DNA from: Jimgerdemannia flammicorona
Lineage: Eukaryota
Assembly: GCA_003990765.1 (NCBI GenBank)
Contig: RBNJ01000076.1
Span: 1 to 43,362 of the forward strand
Direction of reading: 5' to 3'
DNA length: 43,362 nt
Part shown: in pieces, positions 10,286 through 22,288 of the stretch
Numbering within the stretch: the stretch's first letter is position 1
Layout of the letters: the number at the start of each line of letters is the position of its first letter
Notes under the pieces: generated by a model
Databases searched by the model: none
Told to the model about the DNA's origin: nothing
What the model saw: the letters and a program-made list of their open reading frames with translations, nothing else
Made by a program: the position numbers and the translations under genes

Positions 10286-10797
10286 TTAGTCATCATTCTA
10301 ATATGCATAAGTATCCTCAGCATCAATTCCTGAACTGTCATCCTCATTGGCATCTGGATCACTCTACTTTATAGGTTCCTCTTCTTTCTCTGGAAATAGG
10401 ATTTTTATATGATTGATGATGCTCCGCAGATAGCTAGTTTCTTCTCTTATATGTCATGCAGGGAGAACTGTGCCTGTACCAATGCTGCAACATTTCATTT
10501 GTAGATAGTATATAGTCTGTCAGCAGTAGTGATATGTCTTTATGTCAGACCTGTGGTATTCCTGATATAGGTCAGTTCTGGAGCTGGGAGGTTCTGCAAC
10601 TATTCACTAATAGCATAGTAGGCCTGGAGCTGGTGGACTTGTAGGAGATATCTGACTAAAGTGAAATTCTTTTGATGAATCTGAATTTACTGGAGAGAGT
10701 TTCCATTAGCTGGGCAGAATTGGGGTAGGGGAATTGGAAGTGACTGAAATGAACTGAGGACAAGAGTCTGGAGATGCTGGTCAATCCTCTGATTCAT
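10286..10797 (-). pseudogene. Extra ORF (ORF3, unknown function) between integrase and 3' LTR of Gypsy-1
   Basis: ATG at 10797: MNQRIDQHLQTLVLSSFQSLPIPLPQF...QLQAYYAISE*LQNLPAPE...ADRLYTIYK*NVAAL. Stops are one C>T from Gln/Arg codons. One probable frameshift at ~10440 before an acidic tail. Homologous to 31547-31885. Confidence 0.75.
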
Positions 10798-11608
10798 TGT
10801 ATGAAGGAAGATATATCTTGAGACAATTGATATATACTAATATCTTCAGGGTTCATCTGTCCAGACTTTTTAAATAGATGCTAGTTCCTCTGATATTATA
10901 TACAAGATAAGGTCCTGCTCATTTGGGCTCTGGTTTGGCAGCAAAGTTTGTCTCAATCATACTTCTCCAAACTAGTACTTGATCTCCAATCTTGATCTTC
11001 TGATCCTTCTGCTTCTGATTATAGTACTTCTTTTACCTTTCTTAGGCCTTGATAATCTGAACTCAGGCTTGATTATATAATTACTCTGTCTTCTTGAGAA
11101 GGTCTCCAAGGTTCTCATTATCAGTAGTTCTGGTTTTCTTAGTAAACATCATCTTGAAGAGATTTTGTTTGATGGAGACAGCAGGGGTGTTCTGAATTTT
11201 CCATAGGATCTCAGGTAAGCAGAGGTCTCAGTTGGTAGGATTGACTTAGGTAAGTCCTTTCTTGATAGTCTGGTTCATTCTTTCTGTCATACCATTGATC
11301 TGAGGGTAGTATGATGTAGTTTGCTTAAGGTGGATCTTATGGATTCAGGTATAACTTATGATTATATTATTGATGAATTCTGTGCCTCAGTCAGAGATAA
11401 GTTCTTCTGGGGGTCTATATCTGAGTGTGAGTCCATAAAGAAGACCTACAATGATCAGGGTATCTGTGATTTCCATTGGGAAAGCCTTGGGCCACTTTGT
11501 CAGATATTTTACAAATATAAGTATATATTTGTTTCTTCCTAGTATAACTGGTAGGAGTCTAATTACATCTACTCTCCATCTCTGAAAAATGTCGTCTAGT
11601 GGTACAAT

Positions 11609-11611
<3 letters not shown>
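10781..11611 (-). pseudogene. Gypsy integrase (rve core and GPY region) remnant
   Basis: FQRWRVDVI, NKYILIFVKYLTKWPKAFP, PPEELISD*GTEFIN, TTSYYPQINGMTERMNQTIK, PK*AGPYLV. Confidence 0.93.
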
Positions 11612-11650
<39 letters not shown>

Positions 11651-11687
11651 TTTTCTTGGACTGTCCTTTATTACTGCTGTCTATAAT

Positions 11688-14600
11688 TCTAACAATACAA
11701 TGTCACCCAAACCCTCAACCAATGCCCAGGGGACCCAACCCTCTCTCCACGACCTCCCCCTGCCCAATTACAACCCAGCCACCCACTATCTGAATCCTCC
11801 TATCACTCTTTTGGGAGATATACTGTACCAGATCCCTGTGATTCCCCCCACCTGGCCCCCACCCTCACCACCAGTCATTCAAAATGTCCAATAATAGCCA
11901 TTCCCAATGTGCCATCTGATCCCAAACCCCAACCTGCCATCCCTCCTCAAATACCTAAATCCAATACCCAGCAAGGCCTACCCACATAGCCAGAGCCCAG
12001 CCAAGGGTCAGCCATTCGTCCCCAACCCCACCAATCAGTCTCCAGCAGAGCTCTCCCCACCTCCCCCCTTCCCCTTCCTCCAAGGCAGGCTGCCCTAACC
12101 AGTCTATGATGCAACCCCAAAACTCCTCCAAAACCTCGCACTTGCCAAGCCAATGTTCAGACATCTGTACTACTCCTCCCTCCTGACCAACATTGAAACA
12201 TTCCTCGTACTCGAATACCCCACCATCCACCAAGTGCCCAGACCAATAGTTCAATATCACATTCTGCTTTAGGACCCACCACCACACCATCCAGAACTTG
12301 GGGGGCAGCCACTGCCTCACCCATTTACTCCAAAGCCAGAGCCCACTCCTCACCAATTCCAACCCTCTGCCAGGCTTCGGGCCACAGGTCGCCACCCAAG
12401 TCCTGCAGATACTCCATACCCTCACTGAGCTGAAACACCTCCACTGGAACCCCACCCAGTAGAAGCCTATCCCACCACCACATCCATGGTCCCCAATCCT
12501 CCTCGGCCTCATTACTCTGCCACCAAAGTCCAATCTTCTTAGTGCTATCCACCACCCCCCACCAGAAGCCTGTAAACTGCATCCTCCTGCTCTCATCCAT
12601 GGCCACCATTGCAAGCAAGTCACCAGAGTCACCCCGAGGGGAATACTGAATCTCCCACACCCTCTGCATAAGTGGCACCCACTCCCGACCCCTCAGCTCA
12701 CTTGCCCTCCACAACCACCAAGCTCACAAACAATGAAGCCACTTAGTAAAGTCAACCAAACCTAGCCCACCTCTTTCCACGGGCAGTGTGAGCACCTCCC
12801 ACCCCACCTGGCTCTGCCGCCCACCCCAGATCCAAGACCTCGCCATCTTCAACAGCCCCCTGACCACCCAAGGTGGGAAGTCCAAATGATACCCCACATA
12901 TCACAGCTTCAGCATCCAATATACATTCAACACCATCACCCTCCTAGCTAGGGACATCTGTGGACCTCCCCATCAAAGCAGAACATTTCCCCACTCCAGA
13001 AGTTGTTGGTTCCACCAAGCACAGGGAAGAAGAGATCTGAACACTAAGAAGTAGATCCCCAAATAATGCACTGGTTTGCCAGCCAGCACCACTATCCCAA
13101 TTACATCACCACCAACAATTCCAGTACCCAGTACCAGAGTCTCACATTTGTGCCAGTTCAGTTTAGCACCAGATCCCCTCTCATATCATTCCACAGACCT
13201 CTGTAGCTCCCCCACATCTAACAAAGAGCCCAACCCAACCACCATGTCATCAGCAAAAGCCCCCACCTTCCAATTAATCCCTAGAATGTCCAAACCCCCA
13301 ATCTGATGCTGAATCCTGTCCAGTAGGGGCTCCAGAGAGAGGGCATACAATATGGGTGACAAGGGGTCTCCTTGTGGCACCCCACGACCTAGAGGGAAGA
13401 TCACCCCCCTGTGGCCATTGATGACCAATGCAGCCTGACTGTCCTCCAAGAGACTGACCAGTGATCCTTGGAACCCCAGGGGAATACCCACCTGTTTCAA
13501 CACTCCTTCTAGCCAGATCCTGCTCACCCTATCATATGTCTTCTCCTGATCCAGAAATATCAACCAGCCATCTACTCCTGTAGCCCGGGCACCTTCAATC
13601 ACTCCATGGACCCAAGCCGTCCCATCACGAATCAACCTGCCACCCACAAACCCACACTGCTCCACACCAAGCACTTGCTGAGCTATTCCTTGCAATCTCA
13701 TCACCAAGATCTTCATCACCAGTTTGTGGTCCATGTCGAGTAGCATGATCAGACACCAGTTCTTCCAATCTTCTCACCTCCCCTTATTCTTGTAGAGCAA
13801 GGAGACTAACCCTAGGTGCTGTCCCCCAATCTATGTTCCAGACTGAAGAACCTCATCACACATAGCGGTCATTTCCTCCAGCACCTTGCCCACCCCAGCC
13901 ATCTTCTTCCAAAAATCCCAGAGAAGTCCATCCTCCCCTGGTGCCATCCCCTTACTCATCGAGGCCACAACCTTGCAGATTTCCTCTCCACTCACTGGGT
14001 CCCCCAAAGCCCCTAGGCCCATCGCAGGGTTCAGGTGCCAATCCTCCAGCTGCCTTTCAATGTCCAAGGCATCCACTCCTCCTTCCTCCTCACTCCATAG
14101 AGTCTCCCAATGGGTTCTCAGTAAACCCATAATCACCTGAGTCCCTGCCACCATCTCACTATTCGCATCCAGAACCCCCTCCCACCACTGCTTTGTTCAT
14201 CTTGCTTGTAATAGCCATGTCAGAAATCTAGTAGGCCTCTCCCCCTCCTCAAGCCCCTGCCACTGCAGTCAGGCCACCATCCCCTGCAGCCTCACTCCTC
14301 CTCACAACGCAACACTCCTTTAAGCTCCTCCACCTTCTTTCGGATTCTCACAATATGCCAGTCAGTCACCTCCCATCTTCTAGCACACTTGTCCATCTCT
14401 CTATGAGTGCTGCCAGGTGCTGGGAGGCCCACAGCACCTGCTACCATCGCTGAGCACACCTTCCTTTCCTGGCTTTCCTCCAATATCCCTGAGCATTCGC
14501 CTTCAGTCTCCCCAATCCCTAAGCCCCATTCCTGCCACCTACCAATATTTCCAATAACCTCTGTTTCCCAACCCTCCCACAAAGCCCTATCCTCCAACAA

Positions 14601-15353
14601 GGAAGAATTTAGTCACCAATGTCCAGGTCCATCCTCACTTTCCCCAAACCTCCCCCCACCCAGCAGCCCCCAGTGATCAGACCATGGACACCAAACTACC
14701 TCCAGTGCCATCCAGACATCTGCCCCCCAACACTCCGCTGTCAAAACCCAGTCAATCCTAGAGCCCAGCCCTGCTGCCCAGTGGGTGTATACCCGCTGAT
14801 TGCCCCAAAACTGCCTTCCTGAGTCCACTAATGAGCTCAATCTCTCTGTCTCCAACCAGTCACCCAGCTCACCACTCTCGCTCCACATGCCCCTCCCTCC
14901 ATCTGTCCTATCCATCTCCTTATCCCGTACCATGTTGAAATCACCCCCCAGGCAGTCCAACCCAATCTCACCTAAGACACTAGCTTCTTTCAACCTGTGT
15001 ATCCAATCCACCCTCTCCCCTCTCTCAGCCGAGTAGTAACAAGACCCAACTATCAACGAGCCCTGGCCAGGCCTCTTCCACACTCCCCATACCACCCGAG
15101 ACCCCCAGTGTCCAATGTCCCCAATGTCCCCCATCCCTTTCTGAACAAGAATACCCACTTTCCCCTACCATACCACTGTCTCCCCCCATTCCTTAGTCCA
15201 ATCCTGCAAGTCCACATCTACCTCATAATGAACATCCTGCAATAAGAAGAGGTCTGCATCCAGTCTCTTAAGCCATCCAAATATAAACTTCCTCCTTGCC
15301 ACCCCCCATAACCCATTTATGTTCAAAGAGAATATCTTAGTTGTACTGTTCAT
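11688..15353 (-). pseudogene. LINE-B ORF2 (APE endonuclease, RT, CCHC), interrupted by stops
   Basis: MNSTTKIFSLNINGL, LFLLQDVH, CLGGDFN, SRIDWVL, WSDH; APGEDGL, FLDQEKTYDRV, GVPQGDPLSPILYALSLEPL, GAFADD; EECFNVGQEGGVVQMSEHWLGKC. Confidence 0.95.
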
Positions 15354-15379
15354 ATTGAAGGAATGTTGCAATAGTGATC

Positions 15380-17312
15380 CCAGTCTAGTATTCCATGCTC
15401 ATCTCATCCCCAGCCAGATCCAAGCGCCATTCAGCTTCCAAGTCACCCTCTGCATTAGCCTGAGCATCTAGTGCCTCCAAGATTTCCTGACATTTCACCC
15501 CATCCACTACCTCTATCTCTGACTAGTAGTCCAGGCAAACTGTATGCCACTTCTCCAGTCTCTTCCTCAAGCTCCACAAGTATAAAGCCCGGTCACTCAC
15601 AATCTTCCTAAGTTCCTCTTCTCTCTGATCATTGACTTGATACTCTACTGACTCCAGGAGAACAGCCAGGATCTCATTCCTCATCTTCCTTAGCACCTCC
15701 ACCCCCTGTAGGATCTCCTCCCAATGCCTCCCTTCCATAACCCTGAAATCCTCACCCCCCAGCTCCTCTGCTGCTACCCCTTCCAGGGTCTTCCACATCC
15801 ACTTCTCCTCATCCACCACCTCTACCACAACCTGGGCAATTCACCCCCCATCCACCTCGGGGTCCACCAGAGTGCTCCTCCTCACTGACTTGTCCCACTC
15901 CTCATCCAGCACATCCAGCAGCTCCTCCTCCCCCTCAGCTCTACCTGGGACACTATACTGAGGGCATACACCTTCGCTCATTTCTACATCTGCCTCCATA
16001 TTGCCTTCCCTCTCCTCCTCCAATCCACTCCAAGTCCCTCCCCAGGCCCCTTCGCCCCCAATAGCCCAGATGCTCTCCTGCAATCCTGCTTCCCCCTCCC
16101 CTGAGCTACCACCAGCTCTACCCCCACCCAACTTCGCCAACAGCTCCTTCTGGATCTTCCTCCCCTGCATCTTCTCCCAGGCCCACCTCTCCATCCAGAC
16201 CCTCTTCCCATCCAACTCCCCCACTACCATCCTGGCCTCAAACTCCTTCCAGGCCAATCTCCTCCTTGCAACTACCCCTTCCAGATCCTCCAGGGCCTCC
16301 AGCAGATCTTCCTCCTCCTCTTGGGTCCCCTTCACCCTTGTGATCTTGCACTCCACTGGTCTCCACCTCAGCATTGCTGGCCAGTCCCTCGACTTCCCTG
16401 TATTCTCCTTTCTAGCCAGCCTCACCCTGACATCGATATCACTAGTCCGGAGCTCTGTACCCTCCCAGACCTTGAACCCAATGTCCACAATCTCTCCAAA
16501 CTCCTTGATCACCTCTACAACCAACTCCCTGGTCCTCTCCTTCGACACCATAGGGAGATCCAACACCATCAACTGTACTACTCGAGGGTCCCAGTGCATG
16601 CACCTAGCCATAGGGACCACAATTCTGCCAACTGTCACCCCCTTCTTCAAAGCCACCAGCAAGGTGTCTTCCTCCTCGAACCCTACCTCAACCCCTTCCT
16701 TCCTCTTCAAAAACTTCACTGAGGCTGCTCCCTTTGCCTCCTGTACACCAGCCCCAAGATCATCCTCACCATTACTGCCAAGCCCTGGAAACTCATTGTG
16801 ACCATGAATTCCAACCTCGACTTCTTGAGTAACAAGGCCGACACCATTCCTGTCACCCCATCTGCCAGGTCCCCAGGCCTCGTGCCCACCCCTTGTCCTG
16901 AATTGCCAACCACCATCACATCTGAATTTTTTGCCAGATCCCCAGTCACAGCCCCATCAACAGTCACATCTCCAGCCCCTACTCCCACTCCTCCCCTACC
17001 ATCAGAAGCATCCCTGGGCACACCTCCCTGTCCCCCAACAGCAGCCATCGACACCTTCTCCAGGCCCAGCCAACCATCTAGACCAGAAGCCATCTTCCCC
17101 ATTCTGACCTTGTCAGCAAAGGTTGACCTCTCCCCTCCTCTCTGCCTCAGACTGCCCCTCCCTCTACCACCAGGGCCTCGGCTAGCCATTGAGGCCCCTG
17201 GCATCCCCAAACCATCTCCCCTCCTCCCCACCTGCTGCCAGCCAAAGGCACTGCCACCCCCCTGGCCAGTACGCTCACCAGTTTGATCATTGCCATCCAT
17301 GTTGTTAGACAT
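15380..17312 (-). pseudogene. LINE-B ORF1, interrupted
   Basis: Consecutive fragments 16716-17312, 15841-16719 and 15523-15828: Gly-rich N-terminus, RRM-like alternating hydrophobic pattern (EVIKEFGEIVDIGF), acidic C-terminus. Confidence 0.85.
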
Positions 17313-17384
17313 CAGACACCAAAAACATTGTAAAAAGTGTTGTCAGAGTCTTGTGTCACCCGAATGTTACCGGTGAAAGATGTT

Positions 17385-20300
17385 CTTCTGCTCTCTTCCA
17401 GCTACCTCCCCCACATCATTCCAATAGGTACCTGCCAAATATTTAAATTTCTCCCACCACTGTGCTATTGACTGTACACAGTCCTTCCACCATATCACTT
17501 CCTGTCTTGCAATTATCACAAATCAGTCCCTCTCTGCCTGTCTTCTGAGTAGTGTCACATTGAGTCACCATCTATCTCTACCTCCACTGGCCATCTGAAA
17601 TCTCCCACATACCTCTACTCCCAAGTGATCTGACCAAGGACACTACCATACTTCTGCTGAGTCCAATATATTACCCCAGCATTCAGCTACCAGAATCCAA
17701 TCAATCCTTATTCCAACCAAGTCCTCACCAATTAGGTGCTACCTAGTGAATGGCCCTAGTCTCTCTTCTTGACAGTATCACACCCTATCAACCAATCCTA
17801 TATCCCTTTCAACCTGTAGCCATCATAAGAGCCCTGCTGATACAGCCACACCAATGCCACCATCAGATCTGTCTAATGTCCAGTTATATACCATATTAAA
17901 GTCCTCCCCTCAGAATATCTAGCCCAACCTCATCTTGGCCTTCCCAAGCCAGCCAACCCTCCACCCATTGGTTTCACTCTCTGCTAACAGCTGGCAGATA
18001 TGCAGAGATGACCACTAGTTCATCTCCAGCTCCTTCTTTTAATCTCCTCCAAACCAATTGATCTCCATATACCTCGACCTCCATCAGCTCACCTCTCTCC
18101 AAGCCAACCAAGATGCCCACCTGCTCATTCCAACCTGTACTTCTATACCATTCTCTGCTCCAATTCTCATAGTCTTGCTCCCCATGGGCTTGAATATCTT
18201 GAAGAAACACCACATCATATCTCCTGACCTTCAGCCAATGAAATAGATGCCTTCGCTTCACACCATCATGCAAACTATAGACATTTAGTGATAAAATACA
18301 TAGACTGTTCATCATCTTGAATAAAAATGTTTAGAGTTCCACCTGAATCACCACCATCTTTTCAGCCTAACCACAGATTATTTTCTTTTATTCCTCACAA
18401 ATAGCCCTCCAGATATGGGCTCCATTCACACTGCTGCAAAAGATATCTACTCACTCAGATACCACCTTCCTGATATCGGCCATATGGTCCTCATCTACCT
18501 CATACCCTTCATCATCCAGAAGCACCACCACCATTGCTGTCACCAACTTTGGTCCTTGTAGTGCCACATTGAAGAACTCTTCCCAGGTCTCCTTAGATCC
18601 ATTAAATACATCCACTTCCTTGATATCCTCCTCCACAAGTTCCTCAAGCACTGCCTAATATCAATCATCAGCAGTCATTGCCAGGGGTCCAGGAGTGGCT
18701 GGCCTTGGGGTCTTGCTCAGCTTCTATAGTACATATCTCTCTATCTGCTGACACATCAGAAGCCACATCCACCAGGTCATCCTCCTCTATACTCTTCTCC
18801 AGCCACACCACTTTGCCTGCCTCTGGACATTCCCAATAAACATTTACCATACCTGCTATGTGGACATCCTTCAATGGAGTCTCTGGCACTATCTCTATGA
18901 TCTCCTCAAAACCCCCTATATTCACCTTCTTCTTGTCAGCCTACTTCTCCTGTACTGGTACATGAGCTGAATTCTCCACACCCCCTAGTTGTGAAAAGGA
19001 TACCTCAGCCATTTCTATCTCTTCCATCTGACTCTTGGCCATCTCTGCCCTTTCTTCTTCCTCCACTTTTGAGTCCTGGAGGACTGTCTGCAGGCATTCC
19101 CAGTTTGTCCTCTGCCATCTCTTCCTTCTCCCATCTGTCAGAATCTAGATCTAGTCCTTGGCAAACTCCTCCCATCTCCTCTTCCACAATTTCTTTGCAG
19201 CCTCTCTCTCCTCTAGGGCAAGTAGCAACTCCTCCTCCTCCTGTTCAGAACCTTTCCTCTGCCATACCTTACACTCCTGCCCTCTGACATGAACTACTTC
19301 TGGCCAGTCCCTCCCTAGCCCTATGGCCTCCTTGTCTTCCAGCCTCACTATCACCTCGCAGTTGACATTCCTCAGCTTAGTCCCCTCCCAGAACAGCAAC
19401 CCAAAGTCAACCATCTCACCAAAGCCCCCAGTGCCTCTGCCATAATCCCCTTAGTCTCCTGCCTCTCCAGCATTGGCAGCCCCTCAATCACTGGACATAC
19501 AGTATGTGGATCCCACCTCAAACACCTCACTATACCAATCTTGATATTCTTGACAATCAGTCCTTTCTCCAGGGCTTTCACCATCTCCTCCTTCTCTATA
19601 AATCCTATCTCAACTGCCTTAGCTGATGGAATAAACTTCAGAGACTCCACACCAGCAACCTCCTCTCCTACTAGCCACAGAACCTCTCTGGCAGACATCC
19701 CCAGCTCTAAAAAATTTGCCAAGATAGTCCATGTCGATACCAACTTATAGAAGAAAGAGTGCACCACCAGTTCACCTAAGTCTGCTGTCATCATAGTCTT
19801 CCTCTTATTCTCAGAAACTCTAGCTGTCACCCCTCCTGCCACTACAGGCCCACCAGTATTCTCTATACTAACCACTGGCTCAGCCCCAGAAATGCCAGTC
19901 CTAACTGTCATACTTCTGGACTAGTGGGCACCTGATCAGTCACCTGACTAGTCACCTGGCTGGTCACCTGACCCCTACTCCTGACAATACTATGTCTTTC
20001 CTGCCCTACCTCCATGGGCCTAGTAACTGCCCTTCTGCCCTCAACCACTATATGCCAACTCTCAATACCAGTGGCCTCTCCTGACTACCTGCTCCTCCCA
20101 CTCCTCTGGCCCCAGCACCAGCCCCAGCTATCACCACAAAGCTCTTGAGGAGACCCAGACCAGGCCTCCTCCTCTCCAACTACTCAGAGCTTAATGAACC
20201 CTAGATTGCCATCAGATGAAAACTCCACAGAATTTGGCAAAACTTGTTGTATACTATTACTAGACTCCTGCCACACCTTGTACACTAGTATAGATGAAGT

Positions 20301-20385
20301 AAAAACTTGAAAATATTTGCTTTTCATGAAAAGATGTCTGTGTGGCTTAGTTTACTCTAAATGGTTTGAACAAAAGAAGTCCTTC
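17385..20385 (-). mobile_element. LINE-C: 5' ~3 kb of a family-1 LINE (ORF1 and endonuclease); 3' part absent
   Basis: Reverse-complement homologue of LINE-A 1048-~4050. MMNSLCILSLNV...VVFLQDI at 17974-18315. ORF1 fragments 18451-19911. Confidence 0.92.
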
Positions 20386-21688
20386 CTCTGTCCAATATCT
20401 TCTCTACCAAATGATACTGTCTACTATTCTGCAGTCTCCACCCATGCCACTAACTCATCAGAGTATCCTCTATCAGTCCTTCTCATTGCAACAGTTATGT
20501 CCCTAAGCCCAGATATCTCTCATCCTCAAATACATACAGCCAATATTCTGTTAACCCTATCCATACAGCTAGCACTTACCCTAAAGTAAGCCACTCCCTC
20601 CCAACCCCTCTCATCAATCTATTCAGCAGATCTTCCCACTGATCCTGCATACTATCCCCCCTCTACACAACATCCAATCTCTTCCCAACTGCTATCTAGA
20701 AGTCACTGAGCACCTTGCACTCTCCTAGCCAATGTTCAGACATCTGTACAAAATCTCTTTCCTGTCTAACATTATAGCACTTCTTATAGTCAAAGGTTTC
20801 CCCTTCTACCAGATGGCTAGAGCAAAAGTTGAGCATGATATTCCTCCTCAACATTCACTACCAGATCACCCAATACTTTGGCAGCATCTACTACTGAACC
20901 TCAGCACTCCAGTTCCAGATCCTATTCCAGTTCCACTCTTCTCCAACACCCACCAACTGCTATCTGCTGGACCACAGATCCTGTGCCAACCCCCTCTGAT
21001 ACTCAACTCTATCACTAATATCAAAGTCACTGAGGGAGATGCCCCCCAGCAATACTCAGTCCCATCTCTACATCACTGGGCCCCAAGGTCTTCCTCCCTC
21101 ATCTCTCTGCCAACAAATGCTGATATGGTGTGCACCATCAGCAACTCTCTACCAGAAGCCCCTTGAACTATATGTGCCCATTGTTCTGAAGCTCAACCAA
21201 GAACAGAAGATGTCCAGTGGATCCTCTCAGTAAGAATCTCATCTCCTAGACCTTCTTCAATAAAGGGATCCAGCTGCTACCCCTCAGCTCAACAGCTCTT
21301 CTCAGCCACTATGCTCTCAGGTAGTGTAACCTCTTCAGGAAGTCAACCAGCCCAAGTCCCTCTCTAGTCACCAGTAAGGACAAAATTTCCCAGCTAATCT
21401 GACTCCTCCTCCCTACCCAGATCCACCCCTTGGCCAGTTTCACCACTCAGACTGGAAAGTCCAGATGATATGTCAGATACCACAACTTTAGCAGCCAGTA
21501 AGTATTCAAGATGGGAACATGCCCCACCAGAGACAAGTGGTGGCCTTCCCAGCTCTGCAGGGCCTCCCCCCAGATAACCACCCATTGCTCCCACCAGAGT
21601 TTTGAAAGAATAGACCCATACATTGACAGATAGATGCCCAAGTACCTCACTGCCTCCCCAGCAGGGACAATTGTTCCAATGACATCTC

Positions 21689-22288
21689 TAGTGCTCCTAA
21701 TGAGTCAATCCAGATGGGATTCGGATGGGATTCGAATTCCATCCAGATCAACTCGGATGGGATTTGAATCCCATCCAGATGGATTCGAATCAACCATTGT
21801 TTTGATTTCCAAATTAGACAATTAAATGTTTACATCAATACCTCAATGAATAATCATCCAAATTTGATGTTCTTGGTGTCATTTGAATGCCCTTAATAAG
21901 GTCTTTCTAATTATACCAAGTCCATTAAAATCGGATTATGTATAGCCAAGATAAAAAGGAAAACGTTCTATTTTACGAAATTTCCAAAATCAGTAATTCA
22001 GACGTTTTCCTTCATAACTCAGCAATGCATGATCCAATTTCAATATTCTTAGTATCATTAGATTGGCCTTATTAAGGGCTTTCAAATGACACCAAGATCA
22101 TCAAATTTGGATGATTATACATCGAGTTATTGATGTAAACATTTAATTGTCTAATTTGGAAATCAAAACAATGGTTGATTTGAATCCATCTGGATGGGAT
22201 TCAAATCCCATCTGAGTTGATCTAGATGGGATTCAATCCAAATCAATCCGAATCCAATCTGGATTAAATTGACTTGTTAGGAGCACTA
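21689..22288. mobile_element. 600-bp non-autonomous hAT-like foldback MITE
   Basis: TIR TAGTGCTCCTAA...TTAGGAGCACTA. 8-bp TSD gacatctc (21681-21688) / gacatccc (22289-22296). Empty site visible in LINE-E (~25470) and LINE-F (~33618). Arms are complementary almost to the centre. Confidence 0.93.

Larger units (their letters stand above)
9090..11611 (-). mobile_element. Gypsy-1: 3' part of a Ty3/Gypsy LTR retrotransposon (integrase, extra ORF, 3' LTR), truncated by LINE-B
   Basis: Minus-strand integrase motifs followed by an LTR-like segment homologous to 30010-30488. Confidence 0.88.
11612..17381 (-). mobile_element. LINE-B: full-length L1/Tx1-like element (family 2), least degraded copy
   Basis: Poly(T) from ~11612 to 11648. 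5' terminus ATCTTTCACCGGTAACATTC shared with copies ending at ~27435, 30009 and 38020. Retains many CpGs and the longest ORF fragments. No TSD found. Confidence 0.95.

Noticed and set aside
10781-10900. Chromodomain at the end of Gypsy-1 integrase
   Set aside because: Pol ends shortly after the GPY region (...CLKIYLPSYNESED*) with no chromodomain-like YLVKW motif seen.
11589-11894. Poly-Phe ORFs (also 6804-6989, 23978-24271)
   Set aside because: Translations of LINE poly(A) tails.
16001-17286. Long Ser/Pro-rich + strand ORFs (also 37150-37881, 36143-36643 and similar)
   Set aside because: Antisense shadows of purine-rich LINE ORF1/ORF2.
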